From positions 88,226,001 through 88,290,000 of the forward strand of contig OZ286459.1 in the NCBI GenBank assembly GCA_965644265.1: DNA of 64,000 nucleotides, written 5' to 3'. Under the pieces are notes generated by a model that worked only from the letters and a program-made list of their open reading frames with translations, was not told where the DNA came from and did not search any database. The stretch is from Glycera tridactyla (Eukaryota). The position numbers and the translations under genes are program-made. This document shows positions 15,031 to 24,900 of this stretch, piece by piece (position 1 is the stretch's first letter; the number at the start of each line of letters is the position of its first letter).

Positions 15031-15319
15031 CGAGTACAAAAACACATTTACAAACATGACAATTCAATACATACAACAATATACAGTGAAAATTAAAATG
15101 CAAAATGAAGAATGAAAATAAAGAAAATACAACAACAACATTCAAAAATGCAACAGCTCATTTACAATCAAGTCAAATTCAATGCATAGAGCTATTTACA
15201 ATGAGGTTGAATATGCATAAATGCCAGCTAGATGACCGTGTCAAAGTCCGTTACACAGACAGCGCATACAGGGAGTCCAAAAAGACACATCAAGAAATTG
15301 TATCCGATATCTTACTATA

Positions 15320-18259
15320 CTAAACTACCTCGCGAGGATTAAACGACAGTAGGCCAGGGTCCTTCTTCAGACAATGCTTGAAACTACTAATAGAAGGTGC
15401 ATTTCGTGTATCTGTATCAAGGGCATTCCAAATATGAGCCCCACGAATGAAAAAGTCACACTCAGACTTTTTAAGACGAGTGCCTGGAATACGCAAACAC
15501 CCTCTCGTATTTGCCCTGGTCGTGCGTGTGCCAGGTATGAAAAGATCCTGGAATATGCTCCTGGAGCTTACTGCACAAATATTATTTACGATCTTATAAA
15601 ACTCACACGCAGTGTGAAAATTCCTTGTTTGAGTCAAGGTGTAAAGCCCAGTTTCCGAGTAGAGGAAATCTCTGGACGTGAGAGGGTCGCATTTCAGACA
15701 AATACGTATACCAGAGTTGACTAATACATCGAGCCTATTTGATAATTGCTTGTTTATACCGGCATATATCGTGTCGCCATAACTTGTCAACGATAGGATT
15801 AGCGTCTTGAACAGATGCAGTGCAAGTTTCCTGTCTATGAAAGGTCGGACACGTCTGAGCATTCCTAGCCTGGATTTCAATAGATTACACAGTTTATTAA
15901 TGTGTGCCTCAAATGATAGACAGGGGTCGAGCCAGACACCGAGATATTTGAGAGAGGTGACTGTTTCGAACTCCATGGTTGAGTCAATATGTGTGCAACT
16001 GGCAAGTTTCTGTGAAGTTCCAAAAAACATCATCTTCGACTTCGCAGTATTAAGGCTTAGTTTGTTAGTAGACAGCCACTCCCTAACTAGTTCCATATCG
16101 AGACTAAGTTTGTTACAAACTTCGACTTTGGTTCTTGCCGTGGCCAAAAGAGCAGTGTCGTCAGCATACATGAACACTCTGCAATTGTTAATAACTAAGG
16201 CCAGAGTGTTTATGTACAAGACAAAAAGCATAGGCCCCAGAATCGAGCCCTGGGGGACTCCATAGGTAACTGGTTTAAAATCAGACAATTTTGTGCAAAA
16301 TTTTACTGATTGTTTCCGATTGGATAGATAGGAGGCAAACCATGTTACACTGGATCGTCTAAAGCCCAAAAGACTCAGTTTCTCAAGAAGTAGCGCGTGA
16401 TCCACGGTATCAAACGCTTTAGTCAGGTCTAGGAAAACCACTCCACTCACTTCCCCATTATCCATTGCATTATAGATTGCATGTGTAAAACTTGCAAGAC
16501 AAGTGACAGTGGAGTGGCTTCTCCTAAAACCTGACTGACTATCCGAAAGTATATTGTGTGAAGAAAGGTACTCACTGCATTGTGAGTGAACTACCCTCTC
16601 AAGTAGTTTCCCAAAACTTGGTAGGACTGATATAGGTCGATAGTTGTGAACATCCGATAGACTGCCCCCTTTGTGGAGCGGTGTAACAACTGCTCTCTTC
16701 CATTGGGTTGGGAAGTGTCGATCTCGAATGCTACGGTTAAACAAAGATATAAGGTGACTTTTTAGACTATACCCTCCATCTCTAAGAATTCTAGATGTGA
16801 TATCATCTTCCGCGGATGCACCCGAGTTGCTCATTTTATTTAAGGCCTCGTCATAGTCATTTTCAGCAATTGCATGAAGTTCGAAGACAGGAGCCAAACT
16901 TGCTACGGGGGCGATTTGGCTATTCATTGGTGCTACTATCTCATTTGCTAGGGCTTCTCCTATGTTTGTGAAATGAGTATTAAACTTCTCCGCACTAACG
17001 CATGGGTCCTCGCTGATTCCACCCACAGTAAGCTTTGTGCTTTCTTTGACTGATTTCTTCGAGGGCCAGAATTCTCGTATTGCTTTCCACAATTTTTTCG
17101 GATCACGAGAGAACTTTTCGACTTTATTTAAAATATAATTGCGCTTTAGAGAATTCTTAAGCCTGGAGCATTTTAGGGCAGCTTCTTTCTTTTTCTTTTC
17201 ATGGACAGGATCCTGACTTCTATTGAAACGAGAAGACCAGTATTCCCTGCTGTCAACGGCAGCTAGGAATTCATTGTTGGCCCATGGGGCATTTGAAATC
17301 CGGCGACTAGATGTGATAACAGGTAGATGTTTGTCAAGAATTGGCAACAAAAGTGCATGAAAGGACTCTGTGCAGTTATCCAAGTTAGGGTATTCTTCAG
17401 ATTTGAAAGCCATCTCATCAATATCCTGTTGAAAAGCTAGCCAATTAAAATTTCTATATGATCTGAAGATGGTTTTTTCTTTTCTCTTACTCTGTTTTTC
17501 CCGCTGTCTGAATACATATATTAGGCAATGGTCACTGAGACCAGGATCAAGGACGCCTCTCAGACTGAATTGGGTACGATTATTACTGAGGATATGATCA
17601 ATGCAACTTCTGCTATGGCGACTAATTCTAGTAGGATTTGTTATCAGTTGATCGAGACAGTGATTTGTAAGAAACTCTTTATAACGGCGGGTATGTGCTG
17701 AAGAGACCAGAGTATTCAGATTCATATCACCTAGGCAGAGGACGTCAGCATGTACCGTGCCCACTGCAAGTTCCAGACTTCCCGAAAGAATATGGAGGGC
17801 ATTTTCTAAACTTCCATCTGGGGGGCGGTATATATTCCCTATAAAAGTTGGACGCGTCTGCGGGAGATCGAGCCTCACCCACATGATTTCGATATCTGGG
17901 GTACAAGTTGAAAATTTGTCCAAAAATGTATATGTGTGATTTCTGTTTGCATAGCATAGTAGTCCTCCTCCCCCATTCTTTCCAGACGCAGCTGTCCTGT
18001 CAGCTCGAAATAATTCAAAGCCATTTAGTTGTAATTCAGAGTCAGAGATGGAGCTGTTGAGAAATGTCTCGCTTAATGCTAAGAAGTCAATTTTCCCTCG
18101 TGTGAGTAGGACCTCAATTTCATCTTGCTTCCGAATAACGCTTCTTATATTCAAATGTGCAAAGCACATTTTGGGTTGTCTGCTGAGAGCAAGTATAGAA
18201 TACTCCAAAGGGTCTACCGCCCTATCTAGTGGGAACGGGGCATTATCGATGAGCGCCAT
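15320..18259 (-). CDS. LINE ORF2: apurinic-like endonuclease (APE/EEP) + reverse transcriptase, 979 aa
   Basis: APE motifs HLNIRS, LALSETFL, RADR, IGNIYRPP, LGDMN, PTR, CIDHI, LSDH. RT motifs YRPISVLP, QSGFR, FLDLTKAFDTVDH, GVPQGSILGP, YADDT, LNTAKSK, YLGVWLD. C-terminus FYKIVN...IWNAL with no CCHC knuckle or restriction-like endonuclease, typical of CR1/L2/Crack. No stops or frameshifts. Confidence 0.97.
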   Translation of the reverse strand: MALIDNAPFPLDRAVDPLEYSILALSRQPKMCFAHLNIRSVIRKQDEIEVLLTRGKIDFLALSETFLNSSISDSELQLNGFELFRADRTAASGKNGGGGLLCYANRNHTYTFLDKFSTCTPDIEIMWVRLDLPQTRPTFIGNIYRPPDGSLENALHILSGSLELAVGTVHADVLCLGDMNLNTLVSSAHTRRYKEFLTNHCLDQLITNPTRISRHSRSCIDHILSNNRTQFSLRGVLDPGLSDHCLIYVFRQREKQSKRKEKTIFRSYRNFNWLAFQQDIDEMAFKSEEYPNLDNCTESFHALLLPILDKHLPVITSSRRISNAPWANNEFLAAVDSREYWSSRFNRSQDPVHEKKKKEAALKCSRLKNSLKRNYILNKVEKFSRDPKKLWKAIREFWPSKKSVKESTKLTVGGISEDPCVSAEKFNTHFTNIGEALANEIVAPMNSQIAPVASLAPVFELHAIAENDYDEALNKMSNSGASAEDDITSRILRDGGYSLKSHLISLFNRSIRDRHFPTQWKRAVVTPLHKGGSLSDVHNYRPISVLPSFGKLLERVVHSQCSEYLSSHNILSDSQSGFRRSHSTVTCLASFTHAIYNAMDNGEVSGVVFLDLTKAFDTVDHALLLEKLSLLGFRRSSVTWFASYLSNRKQSVKFCTKLSDFKPVTYGVPQGSILGPMLFVLYINTLALVINNCRVFMYADDTALLATARTKVEVCNKLSLDMELVREWLSTNKLSLNTAKSKMMFFGTSQKLASCTHIDSTMEFETVTSLKYLGVWLDPCLSFEAHINKLCNLLKSRLGMLRRVRPFIDRKLALHLFKTLILSLTSYGDTIYAGINKQLSNRLDVLVNSGIRICLKCDPLTSRDFLYSETGLYTLTQTRNFHTACEFYKIVNNICAVSSRSIFQDLFIPGTRTTRANTRGCLRIPGTRLKKSECDFFIRGAHIWNALDTDTRNAPSISSFKHCLKKDPGLLSFNPREVV

Positions 18260-18605
18260 CGTAGATAAAGTGGCGTGGAATTATGTGAAATCGGGACTCG
18301 CTCTGTATCTGAAGATGGTGGAGCATTCAGATAAAACAAGTGTATAGATCAGGACCGTTTGTATGACCGAGGGTATGAGATAAGGTTGCATCTATCAGTT
18401 TTCTGTTTCAGGGAAATGATCAGATTTAAATAGACAGAGTGTGTGAGACATGACAAACACGACTACTCACCGACTGAGCCTGCAATCTTCAGCATTTTTA
18501 CAGCTGAATTTGTCAGATTAGCCCTTAAGCTGGCTGAACTCACCTGAGTATAGAGGCTTTGAGACACATGATAACAACTGTTAAGTAAATTTCAAGTCAA
18601 GGTTA

Positions 18606-20835
18606 GCCTGCCCCACATAGGGCCTGCAACCATTTTAATTACACATTCTCACACTGTATCATGGAGACCAGCATCAGTTATCACTGACGAAGTATCACCA
18701 TACAAACACCATAGATGAGGTTGATACACAGGGCTGGCACAAAACAGGAACTGTACAGGCGGATATTTGCAGCTAAAATCAAGCCCTCGATGTGGCTGGT
18801 ACAGCGATCAAGACATGTCAACAAATAAGCAGGCAGATATTTCTGCTTAACTCACCAGAGCATAGGTGAGCTCTAAGAAAAAGAAATTAATTGATGAGTC
18901 TATGTGCATTATGAATCCTAAACGTGTGAGTTCTACATGACATCTGGTGGCACAATAAAAGTCTGGCGGCAGTCGCCGATTCCACTAGGTGGTGGTGTAG
19001 CCTGAGCTGAATTGGAAAGAGGTGGCACTAGATGGCACTTCCAGGCCAAGGATGTTGACCGCTGGTAGTTCAGAGCTATTCCGATACAAACATGGTTCAT
19101 CAAGGTAAGGGCGGCATGAGGAAAACTTGGAACAGGGGGACGCTCTGTACAGATAGTTTGCATAATCAGATCAGAGGGAGAAATCTGTGCTGTCTTATGC
19201 AGGCACATATTGAAATCAGGTGAAATAGAGTACCGTGCATAAATCATACATCAATCAAAGCACATCAGTCAAGATTCATATACCCAGGTGTTGCGTAACT
19301 ACCGCTGGGGGCGTAGGTTGGTCGAGCTGAGATCTGATAAATTTGGTTGGAGCTGTTCATAGCTGATGAATGTCCGTTGGTATTGACTGAGGCATAAATG
19401 GCGGCACAGAATTACATGCAAAGCACAAGGTAAAGTTATATCTTCAAGAGGACAATACATACATCATGCAAAAATCAAGGCACATCAATCACGACCCATA
19501 TACCAGAGGTATTGCACAACTATCGCTGGGAGCGTAGGTCGGACAGGCTGAGGTCCGTCATATAAGTCTGAGTTCTAGACAGCTGATGATAGTCTACCAG
19601 TAACAACGAAAGCGAAGAGCTGTGGCACAGAATTTCATACAATGCAAATGATTCTATATGTCTCTCAAAAACACATGAGGTTCATATGACCTTTTCAAAA
19701 CTAGCAATTTGACCTGAGGCTGAATTGGCTTTACATAGATGACCTTCCACTCGAGACAGCTTCCAGAGGCTTATGGATGTGAAGACCAGTATCTGGGATA
19801 CAACTGAGTACACCTGCCCCACATGGGGCCTGTGTCATTTTTCGTGTGTAGTAATTTTTGCCTGCCCCAGATAGGGCCTGCATTCGATTTTCGAGAAGCC
19901 AGTATGTAATCTTGTATGGGGGTGAGACTTGAAGGCAAGCATAGAGAGCATCTTGTAGTGGTGATGCGTATATCCCGGTAAGTACACCTGCTCCAAATAG
20001 AGCCTGTGATCTGTGTAGTAGTGGCGCCAAAGAGAGAAAACTGGTAGAATGGAGAATGCCTGCCCCCGATGGGGCCTGCCTGCATGGAGAGCATTTCATT
20101 CAGCTATGATTTTGGGTGTGTAATATTCCAGTGAGTATACCTGCTCTAAGTGGAGCCTGTGATCTATGTGGTGAGGTGGCCGAGAGAGAGAACAAGAGAA
20201 ATGTGGGATAAATGCCGCCCCATTTCAGGCCTGTGAAACCTGTACAGAGTGACCGGTCGCTACTGTGACTACTCATCGATAACTCAGAGAGGCATGTGTT
20301 GGATCTGACTGCAAGTACAAACTTCCCATGTTAAGTGATTCATGCCGGTGGTGGAGTGACAATACGAAATCTGCATAGGCCTGCCCCAAGTAGGGCCTGC
20401 ACATGTTTGTTGTCAGTAAATCAGAACAGGCATGTGGTGGATCTGACTATAATATAGAATTTCCCAGGTCATGTGATTCACGCCAGTGGTGGAGTGACTA
20501 TACAAAAGCTGCATAAACCTGCCCCAAATAGGGCCTGCACATGTTTGTAGGATAGTTGTAATATTTTGCCTGCCCCAGATAGGGCCTGCCCACGATTTCG
20601 AGAAATTGGTGCATAAACTGGCATGTGGTCGAAGCAACTGGTGTGGGAGAGGACAATTTTCACGTTGAATCTATAGCAGTCGACATGAATTATACGCTTG
20701 CCCCACATAGGGCCTGCAGGATCAGGCGACAGGGTTTAGTAATGCGATTGATTGGCGAAGGCAGTGCAGGTCATTTGTAATTGGTGCTGGCTGAGTAACT
20801 CCAGTTGTGAATGCCTGCCCTACATAGGGCCTGCA
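18606..20835 (-). repeat. 12 dispersed copies of a 22-nt hairpin motif (sense consensus CAG-GCCCT-AYNT-GGGGC-AGG) in the inter-ORF region
   Basis: Plus-strand copies of CCTGCCCCacatAGGGCCTG start near 18606, 19812, 19860, 19986, 20058, 20139, 20214 (degenerate), 20379, 20517, 20568, 20696 and 20813. Start-to-start spacing within the cluster is irregular, about 48-165 bp. Confidence 0.88.
19258..19640. repeat. Diverged direct duplication, 220-bp period, inside the LINE spacer
   Basis: GCACATCA at 19260/19480, CGCTGGG.GCGTAGGT and AGCTGATGA in both copies, GGCACAGAATT at 19404/19624. Confidence 0.8.
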
Positions 20836-21047
20836 ATTTTCATCACACGAGACAAGTCTGTTTCATGATAATACATGCGTTGAGAGAGATGGGTCTGCTT
20901 AACATTCATACACAAGCGTCTCTCATATGCATGTCGAAGGCGACGTGCCATTATAGGATAGGGGTGGGGTATGAACCAAGTGCCGCTGGAGTTTGGTGAA
21001 GAGGACAGTTTGATTAAAGTTCAAGATCAGCGAGCCAAATTTTCTCT

Positions 21048-21968
21048 TCATGCATACCTTTTTTCGATTTGCAGCGATGTTCCGCAGTACTCCAAGATTC
21101 CATAGATTGCGTCACGTGCAAAGGCCTGGTAGCCCCAAGTGTTGAGGTGGGTGCCATCTTTGCACAGGAGGCCCCTCACTATGCACGCGTTTGCTGGATT
21201 GAAATGGTTTGCCCACTCAAAATCGTAATAGAGCGACTTGTAGATTGTACTCTTGACTCTTACGTATTTAGATACGGTTCTGTTCACAATGTATATGATT
21301 CTTGACACGAAGACACGAGTTTCGTAATCCCACCACTCTCTTGGCAAGATGGAGACAAATGAGATCGCAGCCCCGCGTGTGCGACTATGCACATCAATAA
21401 AGAAATCGATCATGTATGGTTCCAGAGACTCAAGCCACTCCTCTCGGGCTTCATCAATTGCAATTCTCGCTTGGGTGTCACTAAGAGCTCCACGAAGGAA
21501 TTTAACATGTTGATCGAAATCATCGGCATCATTTGACCCAAGATTCACCACGACATATTCAGCTCTGTGTCCCGTTTCTCGATATGTTTTCCAGATGTTG
21601 CCATATTCCTGAAACTTTCGGGTATTGCCTCCAAAATCACCATGCAAAAATCGTTTAGCTGTGTGAAATTTCAGCCCACTAATGCCTAAGAATTTTGATC
21701 TGGACAGCATATCATAGAGGTGTGAGGGGAAGTCATCCTTGACAAATTCTGTAATACAATGTGAGATGTGGGAATCGCCTATGAAGACCACCCTAGGGGG
21801 ACCATGATTGTACAGGTGTGTTTCCGCCACTCGACGTGATTTTTCTTCATACCAGGGCGTCACATGAGTCATGGCTTGGTACTTATCTGCGTCAGTTATG
21901 TAGATGTTCCTACGCTTCCAGATTGGTAGAAAACGACGAAAAATGGGTTCATTGCCAACGTATGCCAT
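21048..21968 (-). CDS. SGNH/GDSL hydrolase (esterase), ~306 aa from the first ATG; retrotransposon-encoded
   Basis: Block I VVFIGDSH (Ser nucleophile, ~21771-21779), block II FLGISG, block III VVNLGSND, block V KDGTH (Asp/His, ~21147-21158). The ORF-track start at 22049 is a TTG; the first ATG is at 21968, overlapping the last 20 nt of ORF1. Confidence 0.9.
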   Translation of the reverse strand: MAYVGNEPIFRRFLPIWKRRNIYITDADKYQAMTHVTPWYEEKSRRVAETHLYNHGPPRVVFIGDSHISHCITEFVKDDFPSHLYDMLSRSKFLGISGLKFHTAKRFLHGDFGGNTRKFQEYGNIWKTYRETGHRAEYVVVNLGSNDADDFDQHVKFLRGALSDTQARIAIDEAREEWLESLEPYMIDFFIDVHSRTRGAAISFVSILPREWWDYETRVFVSRIIYIVNRTVSKYVRVKSTIYKSLYYDFEWANHFNPANACIVRGLLCKDGTHLNTWGYQAFARDAIYGILEYCGTSLQIEKRYA

Positions 21969-24900
21969 GTTGAAGATTCGGAAATTCGCTTTGGATAAAG
22001 TTGCCACTTGCGTTTGGGTAGCTGTTATTCGAGACCTGATATTGCACAACCGGCTGTGGCGGCTGTGGTGGCTGTTGTGTTGGGGGGAGCAGTGGAGGAA
22101 TAAATCTCTGCTGGTTTTGTGGCGGTCCTTGGTTCCAGTATTGGTGTAGATTGCTCACAAGGGGACCATTTCCAGCAAAACCTTGAGTGCTTTGTTGGTC
22201 GGTCTGGTATGCGAGGTTACTGAGCCTTTCACTTATGTTCTGGTTGCTCTGAGTGTTGTAGTTTGTGAAATTGCTCCCGTTCTGGTTCACTGGTGGTGCC
22301 TGTGTGCGCTGCGGTGGGACAGGACCAGGTGGACGAGTAGCAAATCCCATGGCAGGAGTGTGCGGTGCTACTCGACCCTGAGTAGGCATACTCATGCGCG
22401 GTTGGAACTCGCATTGGTCATTCCATGTCTGCCTCCCGCGAGCACCCTTGAATCTATTTTGATTGCGCTGGATCTGATATGCGTCATTTTTTAATACTGC
22501 AGCTGGTCTTTCTCGGTGTCTGTCTTGATCATCGTTTGTCGGTTCTCTCTGCATTTGTAATTCTTCACGAAGTTTTGCTGAGTCGCGAAGAAGAGTTGGA
22601 ACTGAGTCAACTGTGCGAGTGGCCCAAATACGGCCCATGTCAGACCATACATGGTTATATCTTTTCAGTTTTCTTGCAGACCTTGCGAGATAGAAGATGT
22701 TATTATTGACTGGTGTTAAATGCTCATTGATGAAAATCTCAGTTCCTTTTAGTTTACCTTTTTGTTTCATGATCCACTTCTTCATATCTGTGCGGTACAA
22801 TTTTATACGAATGGCACGTGGTTCGGGGGGTTGAGTTTTGGCTGGCCCGAAGAAGTAGCAACTCTCGACTTCTTCTTTAGAGAGAGTGACCCCTAGTCTA
22901 TCATGAAACATTTGGATCACCGTAGGGAGCACTTCTGGGGGGGAGTTAACCTCCACTCCCTCAATTATCAGCACATTTCTACGCTCAAGCATTTCTGTTG
23001 TTTCCATACGAGCTAGTAGTTTGTCAAGTTCGGTCTTAAGGTAGTTAAGCTTGTCATTGTGGTCCTTGATGCTGGAAAGGCTCTCATTGGACGTTGACTT
23101 TTCTTCTGCCATTTTCAAAGCATTTTTAGCTTGAGTCAGGGCCTCCTTTGCTGCTGAATTTACTCTTTCACACTCCAGCTTTGCAGTGGCTATGTCCTTT
23201 TTCATTTGTTGGACTTCATTTGCTCTGGCCTTTTCGTCATTGTCATTGCGCATGTCGCTAGTGATTTTCAAGGCGTCTGTGGCCTTAGTTAGGGCTTCAC
23301 TTGCGGCAGAGTGAATCTTGTCACTCTCATTTCGTGCTGATACAAGCTCACGATGAATCTGTTCAAGGTCATTGTTATTTAATTGACTTAGTGTGTCGAG
23401 ACGTTTTGTCATTCTAGACAATTCCAGATCAAGCTTTAGAGTATCAGAGGATTGGGAGCCCAATTTGACATTTATCTTGTCAAGTGGGTTAGACATAGCA
23501 GTGTGTATAAGATCTGGCAGTCTCCCAAGCAACTTAGTCAAGATAGAGTTTTCAAGCTCCTGCATTGCTTTTATTGGTAGGTGGCTGAAGTCAGTTGAGG
23601 TCGAGGCATTCAGTTTGTTCTTAGGGCCAAGGAGGGGCGGCTGAGGAAGAGAGAGGGGACTAACGACTTCTGGTGGTGAAATTCCAGAGTGGATATCGAG
23701 ACCATTGCTGTCACCATCAGATGGCGGTTCCACCTTACTCGGATTATCATATGCTTCTGAATTCGTCGGTGATCTTTGCGCACATGGGATGGAGAGATCA
23801 AGGGAGCTGGCTGCAAGTTGAGAGTTTGAGTCAGGAGCATGTTTAATCGGTGTACTTGACAGGGGATTCATCTGCGGGTGGCCGCTAGGTGTCAGGCCAG
23901 TCATTATTGCATTTGAGTCGTCCATTCTATTAGCAAGTTCTTCTTGACTGATCGGAGATGCGACGCGTGTTTTCTTAGATTCAGTATTTTTGGTACTTTC
24001 AGAATCGGGTTCTTGCTGGTTGGATTCCTCAGATGGGCTGCTGTGGGAGCGTTTCGATCGTGGGGTAGTATGTGGGGTATCATGGGGTTTATGCTTGTGC
24101 CTGGGTGTGAGAATTGGTGAGGGTTTGCATTTCGAGGATGTAATGCGTCGTGTAGGCGTATTGGCTGAGAAAAGAATGGGGCTGCCTGTCGGAGAAGCGG
24201 TAAAGATCGCGGGGATGACATTTTGTTTAGGTGGAATGTCTGCGGATGAAGTCAGAGGTATGTTTGACATGTCATGTGTTGATGTGTTACGAATTGTGGA
24301 ACTACTCTTTTCGTTATCTTCGCCCGAATCCTCGTCATCAGACAAGACAATAGAGTTATCACCACTGACTATTTTCAAGTCTTCGACTGTCTTAAGAATA
24401 ATCTTGTCCTCTTTGCGAAAGAGCTCACTTTGCTGGGTTCCGTTTATGACAAAAGAATCTTCAGTTGTATCATGCCCAGAGTAACTGTCAGGGGCAGGAC
24501 TGGCAGCGGTGGCAACTGGAGTGACAGCCTTCAGGGCATTTTGGGGGCTAAGTTCTTTGATGCCGGGTATTTTGAGTGTTTCGCTTTTCTTTATTCCTCT
24601 TTCTTCTACTCCATCATCAGGGTCTGGAGTAGGGTTAGCTGAATTGGGAATGACCTGAGGGGGGCATGCCACAGAGTTGGCAGAAGAGTCAGCTGCGGTG
24701 TGATTGACCTGAGAGGGGCATGCTCCAATTTCAATGTTGCAGGTGTTATGCTTGATTGAGCTATCTGTGTCAGAGGTCATGTCAAGTGAGGGAATACTCG
24801 GCTCATTGAATGAGATTCTACCTGTATTGGGGGAGGGTTGTGCGTCCTCTGCTATACCTGTTTTCGCAGGTGTAGCTGGGTCAATTACTGCCTTGCTTGA

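Noticed and set aside
19575-19630. CTGATGA...CGAAAGC hammerhead-like string in the LINE spacer
   Set aside because: The cleavage-site residue would be G, stems I and II do not pair, it is on the antisense strand, and the duplicate copy at ~19362 lacks GAAA.
18933-20708. Short minus-strand ORFs in the spacer with QALxGAG or AGPIWGR repeats
   Set aside because: The repeated peptides are translations of the hairpin motif and appear in different frames, so conservation is at the nucleotide level.
19812-20835. Palindromic repeats with variable spacers resembling a CRISPR array
   Set aside because: Spacing is irregular (48-165 bp), several spacers are duplicates of each other, there are no cas genes, and the context is a eukaryotic retrotransposon.
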